Of a stretch of 55,782 bases of DNA, positions 35,457 to 46,858 are shown piece after piece (within the stretch, counting starts at the first letter, position 1; every line of letters starts with the position of its first letter). Source of the DNA: a virus (Duplodnaviria > Caudoviricetes); IMG/VR virus record IMGVR_UViG_3300005077_000023, positions 1 through 55,782 of that record; one strand, 5' to 3'. Made by a program: the position numbers and the translations under genes. Under the pieces are notes generated by a model that ran no database searches, was not told the DNA's origin, and saw nothing but the letters and a program-made list of their open reading frames with translations.

Positions 35457-35840
35457 TTGACAGACCCAATTGGAATAAAAATTCCTATAACAATGGGAAA
35501 TACTGGATATTTTGATCAAACATTTTCAAGTTTAGAGGAAGCAAAATCAAATTTGTATAATTTAATTTTAACTAAAAAAGGTGAAAGATTTATGCAACCT
35601 GATTTTGGAACTGATGTATATAAATATTTTTTCAATCAAATAACTGATAATATAAAATCAAGTTTACAAAAAGAAATAAAAGAATCAATAAATACATGGA
35701 TTCCATATATTAATGTAATAGATGTTAATGTAAATATATCAGATCAAAATCGAGATACAAATAAAATAGATATTTCTATAAAATTTTCATTAAAACGAGA
35801 TTTAAATCAATATGATGAAATTATTGTATCATTTAATTAA
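35457..35840 (+). CDS. Baseplate wedge protein, gp25/GPW-like
   Basis: NL.NLILTKKGERFMQPDFGT....F...W.PYI. Confidence 0.88.
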   Translation: MTDPIGIKIPITMGNTGYFDQTFSSLEEAKSNLYNLILTKKGERFMQPDFGTDVYKYFFNQITDNIKSSLQKEIKESINTWIPYINVIDVNVNISDQNRDTNKIDISIKFSLKRDLNQYDEIIVSFN

Positions 35841-35852
35841 TGGAGACATATA

Positions 35853-37715
35853 ATGTCAAAAAAAGAAATTAGATATTTAAATAAAGATTTTCAAACATTT
35901 AGAGAACAATTAATAAATTTTGCAAAAATTTATTATCCAAATACATATAAAAATTTTAATGAAAGTAGTGTAGGAATGATGTTTATAGAATTATCTTCTT
36001 ATATTGGAGATGTATTAAGTTATTATATTGATAATTCATTAAAAGAAAGTTTATTATTATATGCTGAAGAAAATGAAAATATATATGCAATTGCACAATC
36101 ATTAGGATATAAACCATCAATTTCAGTTCCTTCTATTGTAGATTTAGATGTATATCAAATATTACCTGCAATTGGAAGTGGTGTTAATACTGTTCCTGAT
36201 TATAAATATGCTTTAACATTAAATTCTGGAATGAAAATACAAAGTGAAACGGATTCTACTATTATATTTAGAACTTTAGAAGATGTAAATTTTACAGTTT
36301 CAAGTTCTGCAAATCCAACAGATGTTGTAGTATATGAAACTGATAATAATGGTAATATTACTTTTTTTCTTATTAAAAAAACTACATTAGCATCTGCAGG
36401 AGAAATAAAAGAAGTAGATTTTACATTTACTGATCCTAAAAAATTTGAAACAAAAATTATTGCTGATGATAATATTATTGAAATATTAGACGCAACTGAT
36501 TCAGATGGAAATACTTGGTATCATGTACCATTTTTAGCACAAGATACTGTATTTACAGAAATTAAAAATACAAGTGAAAATGATAAAACATTATCACAAT
36601 ACAATAGTACAGTTCCATATTTATTAAAATTAAAAAAAGTTGCAAGAAGATTTACATCAAGAATACGATCAGATAAAAAAGTAGAATTACAATTTGGATC
36701 AGGAGTATCAGATGATCCTGATGAATTATTAATTCCAAATCCAACTAATATAGGTTCAAATATATTTGGTTCAGTATCATTTTCAAATAATCCAATTGAT
36801 CCATCAAACTTTTTATATACAAAAACATATGGTCAATCACCACAAAATACAATAATTACTGTTAAATATGTATCTGGAGGTGGTTTAAAATCTAATGTTA
36901 ACAGTAATGATTTAACAAAAATAACAGATGTTAGTTATTCTATTGAAAATGAAACATTAAATCCAGAAGTATTAGAAAAAATAAAAAATTCAGTTGCAAC
37001 AAATAATCCAGTAGCCGCTACTGGTGGAAAAAATGGAGAAAGTCCAGAAGAAATACGACATAATGCTTTATCTAATTTTCCATCACAATTACGAGCAGTA
37101 ACAAGAGAAGATTATATTGCAAGAATATATTCATTACCTCCAAGATATGGACGAGTTTCTAAGGCATATGTTATACCAGATGATCAATTATCTGGATATG
37201 GATCAGATAGAATACCAAATCCATTAGCAATAAACTTATATGTATTAGGATATGATACAAATGGAAGATTAACAAACTTAAATCAAGCTACAAAAGAAAA
37301 TATTAAAACTTATATGAGTCAATATAGATTATTAACAGATTCAATAAATATAAAAAATGCTTTTATTATAAATATTACTGTTAAATTTACAATAATTGCA
37401 TTTAAAAATAAAAATAAAAGAGAAGTATTATTAAAATGTGTTGAAAAATTAAAAAATTTCTTTAATATTGAAAAATGGCAAATTAATCAACCAATAATAT
37501 TAGCAGATATTCAATCTGAATTATTTTCAGTTGAAGGAGTTCAATCTGTAACTAAAATAGAAATAGAAAATAATTATTCAACTGATCAAGGATATAGTGG
37601 AAATGTATATGATATTAAATCAGCTACACGAGATGGAATAATATATCCATCAATCGATCCATCAATTTTTGAAATTAAATATTTAAATAAAGATATACAA
37701 GGAAATGCCTTATAA
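35853..37715 (+). CDS. Baseplate wedge protein (T4 gp6 / baseplate J-like)
   Basis: KDFQTFR..LI..A..YYP, LQFGSG, ATGG...ES.EEIR.NA...F..Q.RAVTREDY. Confidence 0.85.
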   Translation: MSKKEIRYLNKDFQTFREQLINFAKIYYPNTYKNFNESSVGMMFIELSSYIGDVLSYYIDNSLKESLLLYAEENENIYAIAQSLGYKPSISVPSIVDLDVYQILPAIGSGVNTVPDYKYALTLNSGMKIQSETDSTIIFRTLEDVNFTVSSSANPTDVVVYETDNNGNITFFLIKKTTLASAGEIKEVDFTFTDPKKFETKIIADDNIIEILDATDSDGNTWYHVPFLAQDTVFTEIKNTSENDKTLSQYNSTVPYLLKLKKVARRFTSRIRSDKKVELQFGSGVSDDPDELLIPNPTNIGSNIFGSVSFSNNPIDPSNFLYTKTYGQSPQNTIITVKYVSGGGLKSNVNSNDLTKITDVSYSIENETLNPEVLEKIKNSVATNNPVAATGGKNGESPEEIRHNALSNFPSQLRAVTREDYIARIYSLPPRYGRVSKAYVIPDDQLSGYGSDRIPNPLAINLYVLGYDTNGRLTNLNQATKENIKTYMSQYRLLTDSINIKNAFIINITVKFTIIAFKNKNKREVLLKCVEKLKNFFNIEKWQINQPIILADIQSELFSVEGVQSVTKIEIENNYSTDQGYSGNVYDIKSATRDGIIYPSIDPSIFEIKYLNKDIQGNAL

Positions 37716-37746
37716 AATAATTTTTAATAAAAAAGGATACAAATAA

Positions 37747-38241
37747 ATGAAGATATTAACTAAAACATTTGCAATAAATGATGAAAAAAAAGCTAAGGAT
37801 TTTCTATTAAAAATGACAAAAAAAGGATATTCTGGAAGAGTTGAAACTGCTTATTATCGTAATTATAAAGATAATATGGTTTATTATTGGAAATTAGATG
37901 ACTTTCAAATTGGTGATTATGTAGCAATAAATAAAGAAATGACTAAAGTTTGGACAGATAATTTATGGAAAACTAATAAATATATAGGAAAAGCTGGAAA
38001 AATTATTAAAAAAACAAAATATATAAAAGATAATGGTGGTAATATAATTTATACATTAGTATTGCAATATCCTAATGGAGAAACTGTAAGTGCAATGTCA
38101 AATTATGTTGAAAAAATAAATTCTATAAAAAATGAAGAAGTTATTAAATTGAGAAAAACAATTAAAGAAGAAATCCAAAAAATCTTTAAAGATAAAAATA
38201 GATTTTATAATAAACAACAAATAAATGAACATAAAATATAA
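37747..38241 (+). CDS. Hypothetical protein
   Basis: 164 aa; SH3-like core; LRKTIKEEI motif. Confidence 0.6.
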   Translation: MKILTKTFAINDEKKAKDFLLKMTKKGYSGRVETAYYRNYKDNMVYYWKLDDFQIGDYVAINKEMTKVWTDNLWKTNKYIGKAGKIIKKTKYIKDNGGNIIYTLVLQYPNGETVSAMSNYVEKINSIKNEEVIKLRKTIKEEIQKIFKDKNRFYNKQQINEHKI

Positions 38242-38263
38242 AAATATTTAACTGGAGATTTAA

Positions 38264-39895
38264 ATGCATTATTTCATATTTCCTAAAAAAGATACAACAA
38301 TATACGAAGATTCTATAAATCAAAATACTGGTATTGATCAAATATTAGAATTAACAAAAACTTTAGTTCATGAACAAGATGATTCTCCTGTAAATTCCAG
38401 AATTTTAATTCAATTTGATATTTCTGATTTTTCTTCTTCATATTCAAATAAAGAATTATCTGGAAGCGATATGAAATATTATCTGAATTTATATACATCT
38501 GAAGCAATAGAAATTCCAACATCTTATTCTATTTTTATATATCCCATTTCTCAATCATGGGAAATGGGAACTGGAAAACGATCAGATAATCCAATTACAA
38601 CACTTGGAACAAGTTGGAATTTACGTGATGGAATAACTGTATCTGGAGTAACTGGTAGTGCATGGAATATAACAGGTAGTGATTTTTTATCTGGATCATC
38701 ATATACTCAATATGAATGTTCACAATCTTATGATTTTCAAACAACAGATTTACATGTTGATATTACAAATATAGTTAATGGATGGTTAACAAATCAAATA
38801 CCGAATTATGGATTAATTATTAAAAGAAATGAACCAGATGAACAAAGTATATTAAATCATGGTTCTTTATTATTTTATTCTAATGAAAGTTCAACAATAT
38901 ATAGACCAAAATTAGAAATTATATGGAAAGAATATTCAAATAATCCAAATACATCTACATCGGTATCATATTCATATTCTGAAATAACTCAAAGTTATAA
39001 TATATCAGACTATCCAATTACTCATTATTTAACTTCAAGTTTTTATTCTGGAGGTGGAATAAATTTACAAACAAATTATTTTACAAAAAGTCAAGATATA
39101 TCATACTGGTATAGTGAAAGTTATTATAATTATACTCAATCTATTTGGTCATGGACAAGTAGTTATGCATTATACCATAGTTCAAGTTTTGAAACAAGTT
39201 CAACATATAATTATTATAATTATTATAGTGGTAGTAATTTATTTATAAGTAAAAGCATTATAAATACAAATGTTATTGTATATGATTCTTATACTGCAAG
39301 TTTAGGAAGTGAATATATTTCTGGAAATACAAATATATCATATTCACTTGGTATTCCAGGATTAACTGCAAGCTCAATATGGAATTTTTCACAAACAACA
39401 GGTGTATATTTTAGTCAAAGTTTTACATCAGTTTTGGCAAATTATACATATATAAGCTCAAGTATAATTGGATATTCTACTGCAAGCTCATCAACAATAA
39501 CTCAATTAATGTATGAAGTTCCTGGAGAAGATTTTATTGTTTTTATGACGAATCGTTTTGATGAATATAGACAAAATTCCAGAGTTAGATTTAGATTAAA
39601 AGCAAGACAAAGATTTCCAGCCAGAACATTTGTAACGGAAAGTTGGGATTATACTACAACTGATTATTATCTTCCAACATCATCATATTATGCAATAAAA
39701 GATATATGGAGTGAAGATGAAATAATTCCATTTTCATCATATTCTCAAATATCTATCGATTCATCTGGAAGTTTTTTTGATTTATATTTAAATGGATTAG
39801 AACCAGAAAGAATATATAGAATTTTAATTAAAACTATAAAAAATAGTATAGAAACAATTCATGATAAAAATTATACATTTAGAATAATAAGATAA
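38264..39895 (+). CDS. Virion structural protein (DNRLRE-like N-domain, Ser/Tyr-rich insert)
   Basis: KDTTIYE...NTG.DQILE, SRILIQFD, SWEMGTG, DITNIV..W...NYGLII, FYS.E....RPKL. Confidence 0.6.
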   Translation: MHYFIFPKKDTTIYEDSINQNTGIDQILELTKTLVHEQDDSPVNSRILIQFDISDFSSSYSNKELSGSDMKYYLNLYTSEAIEIPTSYSIFIYPISQSWEMGTGKRSDNPITTLGTSWNLRDGITVSGVTGSAWNITGSDFLSGSSYTQYECSQSYDFQTTDLHVDITNIVNGWLTNQIPNYGLIIKRNEPDEQSILNHGSLLFYSNESSTIYRPKLEIIWKEYSNNPNTSTSVSYSYSEITQSYNISDYPITHYLTSSFYSGGGINLQTNYFTKSQDISYWYSESYYNYTQSIWSWTSSYALYHSSSFETSSTYNYYNYYSGSNLFISKSIINTNVIVYDSYTASLGSEYISGNTNISYSLGIPGLTASSIWNFSQTTGVYFSQSFTSVLANYTYISSSIIGYSTASSSTITQLMYEVPGEDFIVFMTNRFDEYRQNSRVRFRLKARQRFPARTFVTESWDYTTTDYYLPTSSYYAIKDIWSEDEIIPFSSYSQISIDSSGSFFDLYLNGLEPERIYRILIKTIKNSIETIHDKNYTFRIIR

Positions 39896-39907
39896 GGTAA
39901 TAATATT

Positions 39908-41119
39908 ATGGCAGATGGATTAAATCAAGATGAAATAAAATATATAGACGAAAAAAATAAAAAAGCAAATACTAAACGAGACAGTTTAGGAAATGTAATA
40001 TTATATGAATCTCCAATTGATGATACACAAAAAAATACTCCTGATCAATCATTAATTATTGATTTATTACAATATAATCTTGATATAAATAAAATAATAG
40101 AAGTAATTGATACAGATATTATCGAATTATTTCAAGTAGAAACTGAAGTTGATAGACTTAATAAAATAATAGAAGATTTGAAAAATCAATTATTAAATAT
40201 TCAAGTATCTGTTTCAGATGAAAAAACACAATCTTCTGAAATCATTACATATGTAATACCTCCTGATTTTGCATCTGGAAATTTATCAACTACATTTTTA
40301 CAATTAAATTTTAACACTGCAATATATAATAGCGATACCAGAACAATACAAAATATTGGTTCTCCAAGTAAAATTGGAATAACTTATTTAGTAGTTGATA
40401 AAAATAATAATTCAATATATGCATCAGGTGAAGGAAATACTCAATTTAATATTATTAATGATAATAATGGAGATTTTTTTGAATTTAATGATAAATATGA
40501 TGCAATTATAAAATTAACAGAATCTAAATCTAATTTTTTTGGTTGGTGGATAGATGATAGATCAAATGGTTTAAATACACGAAATTTAATTTTAATGTCA
40601 AACGATGATAAAATAAGAATGAAATTTAGTCCACAAAAAAACACTGGAAATTCCATAATTGATAAAAATAGAAATACATTTAATATATTTGCAATATTTA
40701 AAGATGAAGCTCCAAATTTATTAGAAATTGGAAATGCATCTATTAATATATCAACTGGATTAGTTTCTGGAAATGTATTAACAGAATTAGATAATAAAAA
40801 AGTAGAAATATTATATGAAGAAATAGATTCATCTGGAAAAGTTGTATCAAGTGGAGCAAAAATAACTCCTTTTAATATTACTGCATCCAAAAATAATAAA
40901 ATTAAATTTAAACTATCAGAACAGTACATATTACAAAATAAAATAGATGAAATTATTTCTGGTGGATGGTGGGAAAAAGGAATAAATGAAATTTATACAA
41001 AAGTAAATAATTCATTTGAATATATATTTAATATTGATAAAATTACATCATATCTTGCATTAGGATATATGGATTTGAAATCTGGTGGAGATTTAGATTT
41101 ATCAATTGGAGAAAAATAA
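39908..41119 (+). CDS. Hypothetical structural-region protein
   Basis: 403 aa in the structural operon. Confidence 0.6.
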   Translation: MADGLNQDEIKYIDEKNKKANTKRDSLGNVILYESPIDDTQKNTPDQSLIIDLLQYNLDINKIIEVIDTDIIELFQVETEVDRLNKIIEDLKNQLLNIQVSVSDEKTQSSEIITYVIPPDFASGNLSTTFLQLNFNTAIYNSDTRTIQNIGSPSKIGITYLVVDKNNNSIYASGEGNTQFNIINDNNGDFFEFNDKYDAIIKLTESKSNFFGWWIDDRSNGLNTRNLILMSNDDKIRMKFSPQKNTGNSIIDKNRNTFNIFAIFKDEAPNLLEIGNASINISTGLVSGNVLTELDNKKVEILYEEIDSSGKVVSSGAKITPFNITASKNNKIKFKLSEQYILQNKIDEIISGGWWEKGINEIYTKVNNSFEYIFNIDKITSYLALGYMDLKSGGDLDLSIGEK

Positions 41120-44100
41120 TTGTTAAAAGAATTTAAAAATTATAATGAAATAAAAATTTCTAATAATCAAATACAAGGAAATTTAATATTAAAAGATGAT
41201 TTAGATTTAATTTGGATAAATAAAAATTATATATCAAATTATTTTAATGTAGCTACATCAGATAATATTGAATTAACTGTTTATGATATGGATGATAATT
41301 TTTTATTTTCTAAAATTATAAATACATATCAAATAAATAATTCCAGTATAACTAAAATTACATTATTTCCTGGAAAAGATTTACGAGAAAATGGATTTAT
41401 TAGAGGACAATATCGAATAGTTTATAATTTTTTTAGAAATTTAATTGGAGATCATCAAAATAATAAACTTTATATTAAAGATATTTCTCCATCTCGAAAA
41501 GAAATTAGATTATTAGTAGTAGAAACATCAAATACAGATAATAATAACAATTTAAAAAATAATTTTTCATCATTTGAATTAACAAAAGATCAATATATAA
41601 ATTTATTCATAAATAAAATAAATAATTTAAATATTGATAATATAATTCAAGATAAATCAAGTAATTCATATGAAAAATTAAATAATACATTTATTTCATT
41701 AACAGGAGTTACGAAAAATAAAATAATTTCTGCAATAAATCAATATAATAAAAATTATTTATCAATTGAAGATCAAAAAAATATAATAAAAAATTCAGAA
41801 GAATTAATTTTTAAAGAAACATATGGAGAAGATTTTGATCAAAATAATAATACAATGATTATATATCAAAATTATATACGAGTTATAGAATCTTATGTTT
41901 TTACTAATAATTATAAAGGAAATTTAAATTTTTCTTTCTGCTTAAATGATGGAAGAAAATTTATAATATCAAATTGGATTAGAGATAAAATAAATTATCC
42001 AAAATATCCATATTCTATAATATTAAAATTATATGAACCATTACCAAAAGATGTAAAAGAAAAAATGCAGGGTTGGATTGCACAAATATTATCAAATCCA
42101 ATTATTGATAAAGTTTATTTATATGGAAAAGAAAAAACAGAAGATACTGGATATAAATTAAAACCAGCAAACTTCAATATTGAAGTAGCAAATTTATCAG
42201 GAAGATCGACTGGATTCGAATCTTGGGAAAAATTAATATCAACTCAACCTTCAACCTCACAAGATATATTAAATAAATATTTTAGTTCATCTATAAATAC
42301 TTATACAGATGTAAATATTGATTTTTCAGATTATAGAAATTTTGTTAGATTTGGTTCTGCAGAAAAACTATTAAAAAATTTTAAATATAAAATGGAACAA
42401 TTAGATATTTATAATGAACAAATTAAAAAAACAAGATTATATGCTACTGGAGTTACTGGATCAATTATTGTTTCTCAAAGTTTAGAAAATTATAGAGTTA
42501 AAATACGAGAAATAATAAATGGATTTAATTTTTATGAACATCATTTATATTATTCTTCTGGATCATCATATTCTGGTTCATTATATAATGATTCATATTT
42601 AACTCACAATATTAATGAATGGCCTAAAAAAAGTTCAGTATATCCATATTCATTATATGAATTAACATCATCTACGGCTACAAATTGGTATAATGAACAA
42701 TTAACAATTGCTCAAACATATGATATAGATAATATTGATAATATTATAAATAATATACCAACATATTTAAATGTAGATGAAAATAATGAAGATTATATTA
42801 ATTTTATCTATATGATTGGTGAATTTTATGATATATTTTATATATATATTAATCATTTAGCTAAAATTCATAATAGAAATGAATCTATAAATTCAGGATT
42901 AGCAAAAGATTTAACATATCATGTTGCTAAAAGTTATGGTTTTGATTTATATAATGGAAATGATAATTCTGAATTATGGAAATGGGCATTTGGATATAAT
43001 GAAACTGGAAGTTATTATAATCTATCTGTATCTGGTTCTGGAGAACGAAATAAATCTCATGAAGATGTATCTATAGAAATATGGAGACGAATATTAAATA
43101 ATCTACCATATATATTAAAAACTAAAGGTACTGCTCAATCAATATATTCATTATTTAATTGTTATGGAATACCATCTTCATTATTAACTATCCGTGAATT
43201 CGGAGGTCCTGATCCAAGAGATTATGAAGATATAGAAAAAAAATCATCATGGATATTTGATGATTTTGTATATTCAATAAATTTTAAATCATCTCAGAGT
43301 ATTTCATTTTCTTGGACAAATATTACTCAAAGTGCAAAACCAGAATCTATTGAATTTAGATTTGCATCTGCACCATCAAATATACCTACACAATCACTTG
43401 TATCTGCAACAAATTGGTCTATTAATTTATTAAATTCTGGTTCTGGATATGGCTATATTCAATATAAAGTTGGAACTGCAATATGCAAAACAGAAAAATA
43501 TAGATATTATGATAATGAATTTAATTCTGTATTATTAAGAAAAAGTGGTTCAGTACATCAAATAATAACTAAAAAAGCAGAATCAGATCATATAGTTTTT
43601 TATAGTTCTGCAAGTGTAGCATTTGGTTCAGATTATAATACAAATGATACAGTATATATTGGAGGAAATGCATATAAATTTACAGGATCAATACAAGAAT
43701 TTAGATTATACCAAACTGCATTATCAGAATCTACATTTAATAATCATGTTAGATGGTCTAAATCTTATAATTCAAATACTCCACAACGTACATATTATGA
43801 TTTAGTATTAAGATATTCATTTGATGATCCAAAAAATCATTTTACAACCACGACAGTAAGTGATATAAAGTCAAATCAATCATATACAACTGCGGGAACA
43901 GCTAATGGATTTTCAAATGAAGTAAATTATACTGCTATTACCGAAGAATTTGCCGCATTATCTCCACAAATTGGAGGTGGAAAATTCATTAATAATAAAA
44001 TTCGATTTGATGATAATGAAATATTTTTTGGAGATTTAAATTCAACAAATAGAGTTGAAAAATCTATTTATGATAGAGCTCCAGTTGATTCTCCAAAATT

Positions 44101-44821
44101 AGGTATATATTTTAGTCCTAATGATTCTATAAATAAAGATATAATTGCAACATATGCAGGTATAGATTTAGCTGGAGAAATGGGTGATCCAAGAGATATT
44201 TATTATGATAAGTATCAGGGATTACAAGAATTAAATTTAGAATATTGGAAAAAATATAAAACAAAACCTCAAATAAATGAATTTATAAAAGTAATAAAAA
44301 ATTATGATCAATCATTATTTAATCATTTACGATCATTAATTCCTGCTCGTGCAAAACCAATAATCGGAATTTTAATTGAACCATATATATTAGAACGAAA
44401 TAAAACTAAATGGAGAGAAATAAATAATGAAATTTTAAATTATGAATCAAATACATTATTTGCATCAGAACAACTTACTATGAGTATAGATTATCAAAAT
44501 ATTGAAGGTGCTATTAATGTTCAAACTAAAAATATTATAACTGATTCAGAATTTTTAACATATAATTCAGAAATTGATTGTGAATTTTATACATCTTCAT
44601 CTGGATATACATTTGATATGATAAAACCAATTCAAGAAGTATATCCAAGTGGATCATGGATACCAGAATATCGTGAAATGCTATATAATTTATGGTATGG
44701 AGGAACAATAAATACAAGAGATACTACATTAGATGGAGAAGAACCAGTAATAATTTATTATACTAATCCAAATACATTAAAAGTAACTGATGTAGGACCA
44801 AGTAAAATAAGAGTAGAATAA
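41120..44821 (+). CDS. Large virion/baseplate protein with a LamG-like domain
   Basis: 1233 aa; NNLPYILKTKGT..SI..L..CYG motif; FTGSIQEFRLY LamG-like signature. Confidence 0.65.
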   Translation: MLKEFKNYNEIKISNNQIQGNLILKDDLDLIWINKNYISNYFNVATSDNIELTVYDMDDNFLFSKIINTYQINNSSITKITLFPGKDLRENGFIRGQYRIVYNFFRNLIGDHQNNKLYIKDISPSRKEIRLLVVETSNTDNNNNLKNNFSSFELTKDQYINLFINKINNLNIDNIIQDKSSNSYEKLNNTFISLTGVTKNKIISAINQYNKNYLSIEDQKNIIKNSEELIFKETYGEDFDQNNNTMIIYQNYIRVIESYVFTNNYKGNLNFSFCLNDGRKFIISNWIRDKINYPKYPYSIILKLYEPLPKDVKEKMQGWIAQILSNPIIDKVYLYGKEKTEDTGYKLKPANFNIEVANLSGRSTGFESWEKLISTQPSTSQDILNKYFSSSINTYTDVNIDFSDYRNFVRFGSAEKLLKNFKYKMEQLDIYNEQIKKTRLYATGVTGSIIVSQSLENYRVKIREIINGFNFYEHHLYYSSGSSYSGSLYNDSYLTHNINEWPKKSSVYPYSLYELTSSTATNWYNEQLTIAQTYDIDNIDNIINNIPTYLNVDENNEDYINFIYMIGEFYDIFYIYINHLAKIHNRNESINSGLAKDLTYHVAKSYGFDLYNGNDNSELWKWAFGYNETGSYYNLSVSGSGERNKSHEDVSIEIWRRILNNLPYILKTKGTAQSIYSLFNCYGIPSSLLTIREFGGPDPRDYEDIEKKSSWIFDDFVYSINFKSSQSISFSWTNITQSAKPESIEFRFASAPSNIPTQSLVSATNWSINLLNSGSGYGYIQYKVGTAICKTEKYRYYDNEFNSVLLRKSGSVHQIITKKAESDHIVFYSSASVAFGSDYNTNDTVYIGGNAYKFTGSIQEFRLYQTALSESTFNNHVRWSKSYNSNTPQRTYYDLVLRYSFDDPKNHFTTTTVSDIKSNQSYTTAGTANGFSNEVNYTAITEEFAALSPQIGGGKFINNKIRFDDNEIFFGDLNSTNRVEKSIYDRAPVDSPKLGIYFSPNDSINKDIIATYAGIDLAGEMGDPRDIYYDKYQGLQELNLEYWKKYKTKPQINEFIKVIKNYDQSLFNHLRSLIPARAKPIIGILIEPYILERNKTKWREINNEILNYESNTLFASEQLTMSIDYQNIEGAINVQTKNIITDSEFLTYNSEIDCEFYTSSSGYTFDMIKPIQEVYPSGSWIPEYREMLYNLWYGGTINTRDTTLDGEEPVIIYYTNPNTLKVTDVGPSKIRVE

Positions 44822-44916
44822 AATGTATAATAAAAAAAATAAATTTTATTAAAATTAATTATTTTATATATTTATATTTAAATAAATATATTTTAAATAT
44901 TAGGGAGATTTTAAAA

Positions 44917-45582
44917 ATGGGATATTTAAATAACACATCGACAATAGTAGAAGCTATATTAACAAAAAAAGGTCGTGAAATATTATCTAAAGGTGGTACA
45001 TTAAATATATCAAAATTTGCATTATCTGATGATGAAATAGATTATTCAAATTGGCAATCTGATCATCCATTAGGAACTTCATATTATGGAGTAATACTTG
45101 AAAATATGCCAGTTTTAGAAGCACATCCAGATGAAACTCAAGTAATGAGATATAAATTAGTGACATTACCAAAAACAACTTCAAAAATGCCTCTTATCAC
45201 AGTTGGATATAGTTCTATTAAACTTGGTAAAGAAGGAGATGAAGCATTAATTCAACCTAAAACAAGATATTATGAAGCTGATGCGTTTGGATATACTGCA
45301 ATTTTAACAAATTCTAATTATGCTTATTTAGAAATAAAAGAAAATGTAAATCAAAGTGTATCATCAATTATACCTACATTTTTAAGAGATGATGAATTAA
45401 ATCAGTCAATAGTTAAAGTTGGTAAATCTTTTACTCTTATTTCAAAAGATGTTTCATCATATACAAGTACATACGTTACAACAAATTTAATTATAGTTGG
45501 AAATGATACAGGTGCAACAATTACAATTCCTGTATATGTATATAAAGATAGAATATATAGTGGAAAAGATGCTGATAGATAA
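44917..45582 (+). CDS. Putative virion structural protein
   Basis: MGYLNN...AILTKKGRE.L...I.KFALSDDEIDY; GGGAG RBS. Confidence 0.6.
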   Translation: MGYLNNTSTIVEAILTKKGREILSKGGTLNISKFALSDDEIDYSNWQSDHPLGTSYYGVILENMPVLEAHPDETQVMRYKLVTLPKTTSKMPLITVGYSSIKLGKEGDEALIQPKTRYYEADAFGYTAILTNSNYAYLEIKENVNQSVSSIIPTFLRDDELNQSIVKVGKSFTLISKDVSSYTSTYVTTNLIIVGNDTGATITIPVYVYKDRIYSGKDADR

Positions 45583-45604
45583 ATTTAATGGGAGAATATA
45601 AAAA

Positions 45605-46846
45605 ATGCCAGATTTAAGATTAATAGCAGATATAGTTGCCGCATTAGGATTAAGTGTAGCCAGAAAAAAAGAATTAGAAAATGGAAGTAGATTAACTACC
45701 TCAGAATGGAATGCTTTAAGTAACGATTTAAAATCTGAAGTTAGAACTTTATCTCCAGATTTAATACCAATTTCGACTCCAACACCATCAACTATTGTAA
45801 TGAAAGTTTATACTCCATTTACAAGTGATGATATAGTACAAAATTTATCAAGACGAGTAACTACTGGAATGTGGACAGGAAATACTGGTAGTTTAACTAC
45901 ATTTTTTACATCTTCTGCTCAATCTGGAAGTTCGGGAGATTGGTATTATGATGTATATCAATCTAATCCAGATGTAACTGGAAGTGCTGAAATACAATTT
46001 TCTGTTGCATATGGGCATAGAACAAATGGAGGATGTCCCACTATTGCCGTTACAAATACATCAAAAGAAGTTACAAAAGCAATATATACACAATATAGAA
46101 ATATATTATTAGACCCCGAAGATGATAAATTTACATTTGCAAATAGTTGGTCTACTGATCATATTTTTGTTATTAATATTAGACGTGCAAGACTTAAACA
46201 AAAAATTGATAATGGTAATTGGCAATTAACATTAACTACAGGATCATATACAATTAAATTAATAGATGATAGTGCAGACAAATTTGATCAAAATACATCT
46301 CAAGCAGGAAGAATATATAATGTAGTAAGCGGATCATTAAATGTAGGATCAACTGCCACAACATATCTTGCGGCAACATCTGAACCATCTGGTGGTTATG
46401 GATTATTTTATCCAGATAGAGGATTAATTATATTAAATCCTGATGCATTAATGGCACATTTAAAATCTGTTACAAATGTATATAGTTTTCTTGTTAATAC
46501 TGGTTCAACTGCGGCTCTTGGAAATATTGATAATAAAGGATTTTTATTAAATATGATTAAAAGTGGTTCATCTTTTATTGCAAGAAATGAAGAAGTCATA
46601 ACATCAACAAATTATTTTGTTAGAGTTAAAAATAAAGAATATAACTTTAGTAATAATCCAACATTTTATACATCATCTGATGGTTCATTAAAAATATCAT
46701 CTTTTGTTGGTGATCCTCAAGTATATATATCAACTATTGGATTGTATAATGATTCAAATGAATTATGTGCAGTTGCTAAAGTAAGTAGACCTATTCTTAA
46801 AAATTTTGAAAGAGAAGCACTTATAAAAATACGTTTAGATTATTAA
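45605..46846 (+). CDS. Putative virion structural protein
   Basis: YGLFYPDRG; C-term YISTIGLYN..NEL.AVAKVSRP, paralogous to the next gene. Confidence 0.6.
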   Translation: MPDLRLIADIVAALGLSVARKKELENGSRLTTSEWNALSNDLKSEVRTLSPDLIPISTPTPSTIVMKVYTPFTSDDIVQNLSRRVTTGMWTGNTGSLTTFFTSSAQSGSSGDWYYDVYQSNPDVTGSAEIQFSVAYGHRTNGGCPTIAVTNTSKEVTKAIYTQYRNILLDPEDDKFTFANSWSTDHIFVINIRRARLKQKIDNGNWQLTLTTGSYTIKLIDDSADKFDQNTSQAGRIYNVVSGSLNVGSTATTYLAATSEPSGGYGLFYPDRGLIILNPDALMAHLKSVTNVYSFLVNTGSTAALGNIDNKGFLLNMIKSGSSFIARNEEVITSTNYFVRVKNKEYNFSNNPTFYTSSDGSLKISSFVGDPQVYISTIGLYNDSNELCAVAKVSRPILKNFEREALIKIRLDY

Positions 46847-46858
46847 TATGAGATAATA

